Positions 12,428 to 23,969 of a DNA stretch of 64,000 bases are shown here, piece after piece; positions within the stretch are counted from its first letter, which is position 1; the number at the start of each line of letters is the position of its first letter. The DNA comes from Amphiscolops sp. MND2022 (Eukaryota): the NCBI GenBank assembly GCA_964187785.1, contig OZ076412.1, positions 12,462,001-12,526,000 of the forward strand, read 5' to 3'. Both the position numbers and the translations under genes were made by a program. The notes below the pieces were generated by a model that was not told where the DNA came from, did no database searches, and saw only the letters and a program-made list of their open reading frames with translations.

Positions 12428-13749
12428 AACATTCATTCACTCTATAGTCACTGCTCCAACTAGTCACATAAAATCTGAAAGTAACGTCTAACCAAACTGG
12501 ACTACCAACCTGGATTCTTCATATGAAACACCTCCCTCTGCTCCTCATATACCTTCTCCATCTGAATCCTCAGTTTCAAACACCACTACAACTAGTAATG
12601 TAACTCCTGTAACTCCTTCAAAACGACCAAGATCTCAGATTATAACTACTTCACCAACACCACTTTCTCATACAACATCTACCCATATTAGTAGACCACC
12701 CTTTGCTGAAATACCGTATAATCCTCGCTCTCGATCTCAACCATCATTTGTTCATATACCACACCCTCATACAGTAGCACATCTTGTAAATTACAAACAA
12801 CCAACTGCTATTAAAACTGCCCGTGTTTCACCAAACCTTCCATCTAATTTGGATATTGTACCAATACCTGATATTGAATATACACCTCTACCTACATTAC
12901 ACTTGCCATCTGAATCTTCTAGTCTATCTCAAATTTACCCGCCTTTAAAACCACTTAGACATCCTTCTACCTCTCTTTCTAACTTGATAGACTCGGCTTC
13001 AGAATAATAAACCACAAACAGATACCTCTGGTTCTGAAATTATACCTCAACACAGATACAACCTTAGACCTCTTCCAAATAGACGTCTAAGTGCAACTGA
13101 TTCATCAACTCTTAATTTTTCAGCACTTTCTAGCAATTATGCGTTACGTCTCCTTAGACAACACGCTCAACCTCTTTCTTCTGATACAGCACACTCTTCA
13201 GACTTTGTTCCACAATCCTACCTTACTTCTGGACTAGACACAGCTTCCCTACTCTCTTCTCCAAACTGCATATTTATCTTGCAAGCTTTTCTCTGAAGTC
13301 TTAGTACCTACACCTGTTGCTCCTCACGTACGAATACCTGAATATTATACTTTTGACCAATCAAGACCACCCACTCCTAATTTTGCAGATTACCCTATAC
13401 GTGTAGACGGAATCAGTATATACGATCCTCAAAACGATCCTCGTTTTCCTATTCTTGCAGAACGTTCATTACCACAAATAACTGTCTTTCAAATAAACGA
13501 AAAGAAACTGAACTTAAACGTCTTCAAACTCCTAATCTAGAATTAAAATTCGAAGTCAAAGTTAAGTTCCAAGGTCTTAATTCTCATCCTATATTTCACG
13601 TCGCAAAGATTGAACACAAAACAACTCCTGCTCCATTTGAAGTAATATTGGTCGATTTCAACCGTGATCTTGAATTACACGATTTAGCTTATGGCAAAAT
13701 TGTTTTCTATAATCCTTTCTCTGGTCTCAATTATACAACTTCCTTTTAA
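12423..13749 (+). pseudogene. ORF-X: S/T/P-rich region with globular C-terminal part, between integrase and env (separate ORF or Pol extension)
   Basis: Hand translation gives long ATG-less open stretches (e.g. SSYETPPSAPHIPSPSESS..., RYNLRPLPNRR) joined by ~3 frameshifts. Ends LKFEVKVKFQGLNSHPIFHVAKIEHK...NYTTSF* at 13749, overlapping the env start. Confidence 0.6.
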
Positions 13750-16487
13750 TACACACATTATACTCTTCATAACTCACTTACTTCTCTTTTCCATAAATTC
13801 TTATTTTACTTCCTCTATTCCTATTAACCCAATTGATGATGACAAATATCTCCTATCTGATGATCCAAATACAACAAATCTTATGGTCTCTCATTATGAT
13901 TGTGAAAAACAACATAACCTTTGCCAATTTAACCTTCTTAATGTTAAACAATGTACCGAAGCTCCTTTTAACATACAACACGCAAATATCCAAGCCCGAG
14001 TCTACGTTAGAGCAAAAGCTAAACGCATTCGCGCTTTCAAATGCGAAGCATATTCTAAAAAAGAACGCAAAGTTTGCTTCCAAGATAATTTTAAATATAG
14101 ACGTGTTGACAGAACTGTTTGGAATCATAATACAATGCCACTTCCTATTACACTTGATCCCCTTGAATGTAAAAATCTTATTAGACACCTTAATGGAACT
14201 GATAACAAAATATTAAACAACCTTAACTATAACAAAACTTTTACACTTCTAGAAGACCACTACTTTCAAGAACAATTAGAACGATTTCAAACCCCTTTCA
14301 CTGTTTATCAATTCAACAAAATGTATACAGATACCTTTACCTATATGCCTGCTGACAAAACATGGATATATGACCCATTTCGAAACCCTCATCATAACTG
14401 TCCAGCTCATCATCAATTTGAAGTCAACTTAGTTAGTTGGCGTCTTGCTATTTCTGAAATCGAACTTACATATGTTGATACACAAAACGTTATGATCATA
14501 TATGGTCGTACTCTCCCATGTTACTTTGCTGATGGTTTTTGTAAACCTACTACGAAAACTCCTTTCACACTTGTATGGTTTAGTGACGACTTTTGTCTTA
14601 TTTTTACATTACAAGACTTTATTGGACGCATGACTAAAATAGAACACCGTTATTGGATAGAAACAGATTCTTTTGTACATTCTGCAACTCCAAAAAAATT
14701 TTCCTCTTTTGATGGTATCAAGGGTACTTCTTATCTTTATATCCGTGCTCCTCATACTGAAACTCCACATAGCCCAAGCGTTTCTCGTTTTGAAGTCTTT
14801 CCTAATGCACATACCTTTTGCGGAAAACCTGCACCTCTATATTCCACTCAATATTCTGACCTTTTTGTTACTTATACTGAAGGATTCAACATGCATACAG
14901 GACAACCAAATCCCACTTCTATAATGAATGAATATATTTCTGGTAAAATTGTATTGAACAACTCTATTAACAAATACATTTTTCCTGCATTGAACGTTTC
15001 TAACAACTTCGCTACAATAGATTATGATGGTCATATAAATACTAAAATTGACTACACCATTAATCATGTATTTCGCTCTATGACTGTCCAAGAACTTAAT
15101 ACTCTTCATACAGTATGTGAATTAGAACGAAACCAACTCCTTACAATACTTGCAATGTCAGTACAAAATCCTCAACTTGCTGGCTTCCTTTTAACAGGAA
15201 ATCGCAGTAACTTTCTCTATGTTGAAGGATCTACTGCTCGGCTATATGACTGCCCACATTTTCCTTCTCCATTACACATTGCCGATCGTTGTTTCGATCG
15301 AATTCCTATTCGTTTTAAAGACACCCTTATGTACGTTGATCCTTTTACAAGACAAACCTATGACTATGCTACTCCTATTACATGTGATATTAACCCAAAC
15401 AATATTATTGAACTTGATCCTGATTCTGGTGACCAAGACTTCTATATTCTTGGCCCTGAACCTATTAAACGAAAACCTCCACTTATGTGTACTCCTTCCC
15501 AAAATAAAACTACAATACGACCTAATACTTTTACAGCTCAACATGCTGGTATATACTCTTATGCAGAACTAAATCAATTTTGGAACAGAATCTTATTTTC
15601 TAAACACTCTGAAACTACTCTTCAACTTTTAGGAAAATCTCTTTGTTATTCCTTTATTTCTTCTAATACACCTGATTATGATGCAGATTCTCCACATGGT
15701 AACCCATATAATACACTTCGAATTGGACTTCATGATCGATTAATTAACTTTACTCCTCTTTTTACTCCTACATGGTTCTCCGATGCCTTTATTGCTTTAT
15801 TTGGATACCAATGTTACATTTTGACACAATGTGGACTTTGTTCTTTTTCTACAAACAATATTAACTCTCATTGTTAAATTATACAAAACAAATTCCATAA
15901 AGTACAACCTTGAACAAAATATTACAACCCTTAACTCTATTGCACATGGTTTTCTCAATATTCTTACAGCTGACATGATACATGACCTAAAAAATGTTCG
16001 TTCTAAATCATCCTCTAAAAGTTCACATCAAATGTCAAACATTACTGACAACCCGTTAGATGAATCTTCCTATAATCCTAATGATACAACTGGTATTTCT
16101 TCAAATCCAACTGGTATTACTTCACCACCACCTTTTTATACAAAACGACCGAATGGGATCCAAAATGACTCGTTTAAATTCCTTCCAAAACGAAAGCAAT
16201 ATTCCAATCAAACACCTCATAATGTTCACTCCAAATCTAATACTCAATCATCCTTACCACATTATTCTCCTGTCACCACAAATCCTAATGATTACACTTT
16301 AACTACATCACCTGTCGATTGTGAGTTGGACACTCCTGTCCGCAAATATTCAAAAACTAATCACTCCTTTCCTCCGCCATCTTTTAACACTGATCACTCT
16401 GACTTTTTCACTCTCCAACATAGCTGGCCACTCTTCTATCCAACTTCATCGCTCTCAACTCTCTCCTCACAAAAACTTCTCTCTTAG
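13691..16487 (+). pseudogene. env: env-like glycoprotein resembling chuvirus (jingchuviral) G / herpesvirus gB class III fusion proteins; frameshift near 15835 before the TM anchor
   Basis: 728-aa ORF with a signal-peptide-like N-terminus and the Cys pattern HYDC..NLLNVKQC, LECK, LPCYFADGFC, FCGK..LYSTQY, CELERNQLL..LAMSVQNP, CFDRIPI..YVDPFTR..ITC, matching my recollection of chuviral G. The TM/cytoplasmic part continues in ORF 15831-16487. Confidence 0.8.
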
Positions 16488-16672
16488 CAAAATTTCAATC
16501 AATCCTCTAAATATCTCTCTCTCTGAAAAACTTTACATATTTCAACAATTGAATCGAAAATCGAAATTAACCTAAATAATCGTGTCAACATTTCCACTCC
16601 AAAAACTTCTGATAAAGCCAAACGTTAGTGTTTTCTTTTCATATTGTACTCTCCAAAAATCTCTTCAATAAT

Positions 16673-18139
16673 ATGACCCAAGCCCAACTAGATTTTCACA
16701 ACATGACTTCTCAAGTAACTCAAGAACAAATTGATCTTCAAAATCAACTTGCAATGCACACTGCTGATCTTATTACTAAACCTCTTTCTAATGACTCTCC
16801 TGTTCTCTTTCTTGATACTAAAGAAACATCTGATGATCCCATTCCTGATCAAATGTAACACCAAAATATTCTTCCAAAAAATAAAACACCTCCGGATCAT
16901 GATCAATCTCCTGGTACTCGTCCACCTACAAAAAAGAAATATGAAATCATGAAAGATCCTGCATTTCTTTCATCACCAATCTATCCACCAATATACCTAC
17001 AAAACCACAACCCTCTACGACCCGTGATGACTATCTTGTACCAATACTTTCTACAAACCGCTACTCCTTCAAATCACAACTGACTTCTCTATATATGCAT
17101 CCTACTGACTACACCTTTAAAATGTATGATAAAAATCAAGATTTCTTCACGTCCATTGCTTCTAAAATTATGGCACCCTATCAAAATTGGCTTGAAAATG
17201 GAATCAAAATACTTTCTCTCCAATTCAATTTTCTTCGCCCATCGATCTACGATCTAAAAACGAATGAAAACTATCCATCTTTTCTATCTACCTACAGCAC
17301 AAAAGGCTACTCATCATTTAACATATACTCGCTTTCTTCAACACTCAAAACCTCAAAACTACATATTTGCAAACTATAAAAACACTTCTCCTTTCACCAT
17401 GACAAACTTGTACACTATTGATCACTCCAAAATAACCGGCTACCTTCGAAACCATGACCCAATCAAACAATATTTTTGTTTGCTTCCTCATAATGATACA
17501 TCTCGTCCTCTCATTGTACCTCAAGGGTACCTTATTCATTTTGATGACTTCCTGTTGCCCTGCAACATTCCCACTCAGATTGCCAAACCTTTGACAGTCA
17601 TCGAACATGTTGTTTCTCCACCATTAGACGACAAAGATACCTCACATTATACCGCTCTCAATAAACAATCCTATTCTTACAATGAACTTTTGTTCATAGC
17701 CGCGAAAGTCATCTCATACATGGTTCAAGCTGAACAACAACTCCCAGTTCAAAATGAACAACGTTCTTATAACGATCATAAATCTCCTACGAAATCTCAC
17801 ATCAAACAAACTACCAGTGAAAAACTTGCGACTATATTAAATAATCGTACTCTTAAGGATCTCACCCAAATGCTAGATCCATATAAACGCAATCCGTCCG
17901 ATTCTCCAATTACCACTCTTAATCATCTCATACATTGCCATAACAGGACTTCGCAACTCCTTCAAACTCTAGATCTCGATTCTCAGCTCATAACGCAATC
18001 CTCTCAAGCAATCCAATCTGCGCTTGAATTTATGAATACTTTTTTTACTCCTAATATCCACTTAATCATCTCTCAGGTAATACAAATTTCTTTAATTTTC
18101 CTCCGATATTGGACATTTTTGGACATCTTTCTCTGTTGA
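16673..18139 (+). pseudogene. ORF-Y: unknown accessory protein (~490 codons) of element B
   Basis: Track fragments 16628-16858, 17095-17379 and 17264-18139 join into one protein with 1 stop and ~2 frameshifts. No family recognised. Confidence 0.55.
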
Positions 18140-18463
18140 ACATTTTCATTCCAAGCTACAGGTAACATCCCTAATTTATTTTTCATGCATTTTTGCCTAC
18201 ATTTGTAGCACAAAAACTCATTCATCTATTGTACTCTTCTTCTCTTCTAGCACTTTTTCAGAATCTCTTTTCAACTATAATACAAAAACAACCTCCATAT
18301 TATAGCACCAAATTATGTAGCAAAAACTTTTGGCATTTGGTCTTCAAATCTCAGAATCCTTTTGTTTTAGAAACTTCTATTCTTCTTCCTCCTTCTGGAC
18401 TCCTTTCAGTCTCTGCCAATTCCAGAAAATTCTATCAAGACTTCACTTTTCATTCTTCATCCA

Positions 18464-18862
18464 ATGGCTCCGCAAAAGTCTGAAATAAAACAACTCGTTA
18501 CTTCAACTGAATCTAAAGTCCATAGCCTAAAAGCTGCCATTTTTAATACTATGGCTTACAAAATGTCTCTGAAAATAAATAAAGGAAACGTCACTCTCCC
18601 TACTCGTCGTTCCCTTCTTAAGGTTCTCTACAATATCTGCCAGATCAAGAAAAAGCAGATCACCTTTGAACAGTATTATCGAGTTCATGTTAATGGACCA
18701 AAAATCGCCATTTGTGAAATTACTTCTGACACTGTGTTCGTCCTCAACTCCGCGTTTACTACGAAGGACAACTATTTTCAAGTAGCATGGGATGACGCTA
18801 TTGACGCCTTCAATGCCGTACTCTTAGACTTTGGGTACACAATTGCAACGCTACAATCCTGA
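18464..18862 (+). CDS. ORF-Z: intact 132-aa accessory ORF of element B
   Basis: ATG in good context (CCAATGG), globular-protein-like composition, no disruptions. No family recognised. Confidence 0.6.
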   Translation: MAPQKSEIKQLVTSTESKVHSLKAAIFNTMAYKMSLKINKGNVTLPTRRSLLKVLYNICQIKKKQITFEQYYRVHVNGPKIAICEITSDTVFVLNSAFTTKDNYFQVAWDDAIDAFNAVLLDFGYTIATLQS

Positions 18863-19013
18863 GACCCAACAAGTCCACCCTCCGTCAAAACACCCATTTT
18901 GGCCAAAAAATTACACTTCTGATAATTCCAACTAACCTATTCTCTTCACTTCTCATCACTCTGATGCTGTTGCTTTCTTCTTCCATGGCTTCATAGATGT
19001 CATCATTGTCAAC

Positions 19014-19202
19014 ATGCATCTCTCACTTCCTGCTTCTCAACCTCTCCACATCGCCACTTTTTCTCTTGTGTCGCTGCTACTCTTCTTCGCTGTCTCTCCA
19101 GACATCGTCACTTCGTGGTCCTCTCTGCTTCTTCGTCAGATGACTACACCACTTCACCTTACTTCAAACTTCAAACTCTTCCGAAACTTCATCACTGTAT
19201 AA
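19014..19202 (+). CDS. Small hydrophobic ORF (62 aa) near the 3' end of element B
   Basis: ATG start; hydrophobic stretch IATFSLVSLLLFFAV. Confidence 0.3.
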   Translation: MHLSLPASQPLHIATFSLVSLLLFFAVSPDIVTSWSSLLLRQMTTPLHLTSNFKLFRNFITV

Positions 19203-20040
19203 TCTTAATCAATAATCTTATTTTATCACTGTCTAATCTCAATCTATAATCTCAAAACTACTTATATTCAAAATATCCCCTGTTAATACTCTATTAACCA
19301 AATGTAAGCAATGTATACTCTATAATAATTCTTATTATTTTAGTCAAAATTAACCTACGATACCTAATTTAGTGCTTAATTCATCAAAACCCTATATTCG
19401 TTGTTGCTATATAATCATCTAATACCAACACTTTTTGCAAAATACGAAAATTCACCATATATTACATATTATTTTACTGGATATGTTTTTGTCCTTCTTC
19501 CTCTTTCAAAGTACAAGACCTATTCTTATAGAACAAATGTTTTACTTTAGGAATTTGAACTGAAAATTTGAAGTTTGAATCTTTTTTCAATCATCCAATC
19601 TTTCTTTTCTTTCGAATGAAAAATGAACTCAAACTTTGCCACTTCTAGACTTCTTCACACTTTGTTCACAACCCGCCAATGTTTGTTCATACCTCATTGA
19701 CAACTTCAAAAATTGTTCTTCAACGCCAAAAGTTTTCATTTGAATGCTCACTTGAAGAACACTCACATATTTTTTTAAACAAAGCCGATGGAGCATATCA
19801 AATGAACCATAACAGAGGTTGTCAATCAATAACTCGAATTCCAAATGTCAAAATCTAATATTGACAGAATGTTGCACCAATGTGAACCGTCATATGACTA
19901 AGAAGTTCTAACCGTCCTAGGTTGTTCTCACTCCTTGAGTATGGTACTAGAATATAACATGAAACATTGAACACCTTTAGTACAAAACCCAAACCTTCAA
20001 AACATATGGATATATTTTAATTTTTCAAAACCCGGTCGAT

Positions 20041-20467
20041 TGTGACGTCATGATGCATGACATCAAGAATCTTAAATTTGTTAAAGTATAAATAGACTTC
20101 GTGACTTAATAGCATGACAGATGTCACTCTACTCAGAAGTTAATACCTCATTATCGAGATGCTGATATTTCATTATAAATGTAATCTCTTGTACTTCAGC
20201 CTATAATTATTTGAAGTCTATTTAATCTCATTATTGATGGATGTACTAACTAAATCTATATATTCAGAGTAACTTGAATGTTGTAATCAACCAGTACTCT
20301 CATCTTCGAAGAGAAAGAATTCTGAGATCTCAGTCTGAATAGTCCTACTCAGTTCATTGAAATAAGTATAGCTAGCTAGACGGTATTCTGTTAAGCCTTA
20401 GTAAGAACTTCTTATGTATTCACTAGATGAAATAAAGTCAAACATCCAACAAGTCTTTAACAGCTCA
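20041..20467 (+). repeat. 3' LTR of element B
   Basis: Copy of 2775-3201, followed by TSD CATA. Confidence 0.97.
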
Positions 20468-20959
20468 CATAATCATGGTATCCTTGGCAAGATCTTGGTA
20501 AGATCATGGTAAGATCTTGGCAAGACTAGCTAGCGATTTATCATGGTTCTTGGCAAACGTATCATATCCTCGATCGCTGGGTAGTTAGGCGGCCTAACAG
20601 GTTGTTTTTTCTGTAATTTACCGGATATTTGAAACACAGCTTTCATCGATACTCAACAACGAAAAAATACCTCCGTCGTGTCATGTTCATAATGAAGTGA
20701 GTTAAATTGAACCAGATGAACCTAAATGGACTATATTAAATAATTTATTCTGGAAAATAGTCTAGTGAACAAAAAATATCATCATTTTTAACCATGGGTG
20801 TAGCTTTTGACTACGTTAACATAGCTATTATTTAAAGGTTACCTTAAGTTCATATGATTCTCTAGGAATCATCATATGGTTCCACTAGTGTGCATGCCGT
20901 AAGAGCTCGAGAGATTGGAAATAAAAAATGCTGCCAATCTTCAAAAACATGTAAAGCGT

Positions 20960-21361
20960 TTGAGTCATATGACAAGAAGGCTTCGATTTAGCCTAGAAAG
21001 CCTTTCTGAGATCAATGATTTTTTTGAGTTGCTTGCATGCCTTGCGGACACAGTATTCGTGTGTTGAAATCATATTTCCGTTGTTCGTGGCACAGTCGCG
21101 CTGAAAATTTACACCAGATTGCGCCTCCATTGTATTACGATCTTATTAGGACTTACACGGAGGGTAAATGCGGATACATACTGGGTCCCGTAAAATCATG
21201 ATGATCTTGCTTTTTTTCTTCACCTGGGAATGAAGTTGTTTTTCCCACAGAAACTTCAATCTCCGTTTTTTTGTGTCTGATTCTATGTTGGAACTGAACC
21301 GAAACTTTCTCACGTTATCATAACCTTCACGACAACGATGGTTCCTTTTTCGACATTTGCT
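20960..21361 (-). pseudogene. Sulfotransferase-like exon remnants
   Basis: Exon 21361-21182 (AG acceptor, GTATGT donor), 81-nt GT-AG intron 21181-21101, next exon from 21100. The join reads KSKIIMILRDP|RDC, like the 3'-PAPS-binding motif (K(I/V)IxLVRDPR). Probable frameshifts nearby. Confidence 0.4.
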
Positions 21362-23969
21362 CTGTTTTACGTGAACAAAAAGCTCGTGAATATTAAAACA
21401 AAATAATTTTTGAAAAAAAAACAAGTTATTTCTGTACTAGTTTTCTGGCACATCATTACGTCAGAGGTTTACAGTTTTATGATGACGTGGCAAGAATTTC
21501 GGCTTCGGGCGAGCTTCACAGAGATGCCTTTAGTCCGTTAGACTTTTAATGCTCTTCCTATTCCCTTCGAAAATCGTGAGGCGAATTTTAGTGCCTGACG
21601 GCCAAAACTGATTGAGTACGAAACAAGACGCCCGCTAAGCACCGGGATATCATTCCCTGCTCAGTAGGGAGGCTGAGCAGGGAAGCTGAGTAAGTGGAAT
21701 TAGTATAAGATGAAGTTTTGGCAAAATTTGGAAGAAAAGAAACGCAGCACAGATCACTATTTATTACTCTTGCAAAAGTATACAAAACAAAAGTAATTGC
21801 ACATCCAAATACAAATAAGTACAGATATTAGAATAAACTTTATATTACATTATACATTGATTATATGCTGTAACCAAACCGGAAGTAACTTTAATTAGTG
21901 TAGATTTGATTCTTGAAGGCTTCTCTTATTATTGAATCGATGGAGCCATCGTCAGTTTCAAATTCTTTTTGACAAATTCCAGAAAAAAATTTTGAGAAAA
22001 TTGCAAAAAAATGAAACAGATAGAACTAAGAAAAACAACATGAAGAAAGTGAATTTTCTGGGTCTAATCCGATGACATAGATATCCGGTATACCTTTCAT
22101 TGCAAATATTTCAGTGAAGTATTTGAGATTTCATTAGTGGAAGCAAGCTTCCGTACATCGATCAATGTCTTTTGAGGGATATTTTGGATACAAATAATCT
22201 GTCACTCGAACGTTTGAAAGCCTATCTAATTCAACGTGATACAAAAACAAAACATAAGGTGATATCGGTTGTTTTGTTTTTAGAGATTTTCGAGGAAGCG
22301 TTTTGAAGGAGAAGCAATGAACTGGAGATATTAATGTATGAACTGCATATTTTTTAAGATGTAATATCGAACAGCATATTAAGAACAGCATATTACGATA
22401 TATAAATAAATTATAATTAATAGAGCTTTTGATATGATCATGATAAATTTTTTAACCACTAAATAACTGAACTATTCTTGGGCTGAAAAAAGGATATAGC
22501 CATTGATGGAACATGCAGGACCAATTTTGGAAGTATATGGGGTCATGAAGTAGTAAAAGGAGAAATTTACTACATTATAGTTTTTTGAGAAACTTTGAGA
22601 ATTGTGAACAGCAAAAGGGGGTGGTTAGTATTCAAATATGTGACATTAAACTTTGGACACAAGCTAATGGAGCGAAAACGGTGATGACCTGTTCCTACTA
22701 CAGTTGTAGGAAAAGTACATTGCCGGGTAGTACTCCTACGCAGTAAAGCTGAATCATCAATTAAATTTTACAAACGTCGACACACTTTTTTCTGAAACGG
22801 ATTTTTGTTTCAGGGCGTTCTTTCTATGCAATTGAGAACTGCCTCATGCAAGATCTGGTGGCTCAAGGAATTTACAAGCAGATTATCTACAAAAACAATC
22901 TGTGCACGTGTCCCAGTAGAATTTACCTGATGAAAGAATCCGCCGCCCTTACCATCTCAAGTCATTCCATTCTGCAGGTCGCGGGTTCGATCCCCAGTCG
23001 GCTCCTGAACTCCAATGTTTTGAATCACTTCATTTTATCTATCTTCAAATTCATTTCTTCTCTATCAATAAACCTTCTATGGTCAACTTTGTGGGCATTG
23101 TTAAACCCATCTATAGTTGACGCCCAGGATTTCGATCACCCTCACGGCTATTCTACTCCGTGCTCCATTGAGGAGAAGAAAGTTAGTACACTATGAAATA
23201 ATTTTTTTGTCGGCGTCTTTTGGAACAAAAAGTGACCCAACTCTTACAGTGCCAAGTTTTTTCTCTTTTGTCTGTGATCACACTGAATGATCGTCTTTTT
23301 TGTTCAATTTCTTCAACTTCATCGGTGATTTCATGTCATCAACTTTAAAATGTATTCTGGACCGTATTAGAAGGCTACAAAGTAGCAAAGAGCCCCTTTG
23401 AGGTTTTTCGGTTCTGTGCAACTTTTCATTTTAATTTCCTTAAAGGCATGACAAAAAGCCGTTTCAAGCCAGAAGGGTGTTTTTCGGTGCTGTATGGTTT
23501 TCCAGAATTTTTATAAAAACTTTCAGCATCTTCTAAAGACGTAGCACCCTTGGAACCTTAGGCTCGGCGCCGACTTGAGATGATATCGTCTTAATTACTT
23601 CATCAAAAAATTTCTTACAAGATAGAAAAATGCTCTTCAAGAATCCTTCAACTAGGGTACTATAGCTACTGTATCATAATAATATTTGAGTATGAATATT
23701 TGGGACTAAAATTTTCAAAATAGCAAAATTAACGTTTCAAAAATCAAATGCAAAGCAATGTTGAGAAAAACGATTAGCTTTTTATTCAATACAAAAAATG
23801 TATTGTTTATTGCTACATTTAAACAACTTTTTGTTTATGTTCTTACAACAGTATCCCTTACCGAAATAAACGGAGCAATTCCTTCGTAGCTTCCGTATCT
23901 GTAACATAAAAATCGGCAACAATTTAGCTTTTGAAGAACACGCGACGTCATAACGTTCGCCAAGACCTA

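Larger units (their letters stand above)
2775..20467 (+). mobile_element. Full-length 17.7-kb Ty3/Gypsy-type LTR retroelement B with env-like glycoprotein and accessory ORFs (decayed copy)
   Basis: Paired 427-bp LTRs with TG...CA ends, 4-bp TSD CATA (2771-2774, 20468-20471) and a PBS. Domain order is gag-PR-RT-RNaseH-INT, with a GPY/F motif (RIGPYKIL) typical of Ty3/Gypsy. Confidence 0.97.
2680..20581. repeat. Minisatellite-type MITE made of CAAGATCTTGG/CAAGATCATGG-like units, split by insertion of LTR element B
   Basis: The same degenerate units lie immediately left (2680-2774) and right (20468-20581) of element B. The right part ends ...CGATCGCTGGG, like the CCC...GGG MITEs elsewhere in the window. 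The left terminus was not located. Confidence 0.55.

Noticed and set aside
2775-20467. Classification of element B as BEL/Pao because of its chuvirus-like glycoprotein
   Set aside because: Single CCHC knuckle, Gypsy-type RT N-terminal motif and GPY/F integrase motif; lacks the BEL-type YLPH/VFDAS motifs. Phylogeny is still needed.
22855-23020. tRNA gene or tRNA-derived SINE (B-box-like GGTTCGATCCC near 22985; A-box-like TGGCTCAAGG near 22859)
   Set aside because: The boxes are ~125 nt apart and no cloverleaf could be built; at most a tRNA-like 3' fragment. tRNAscan-SE would settle it.
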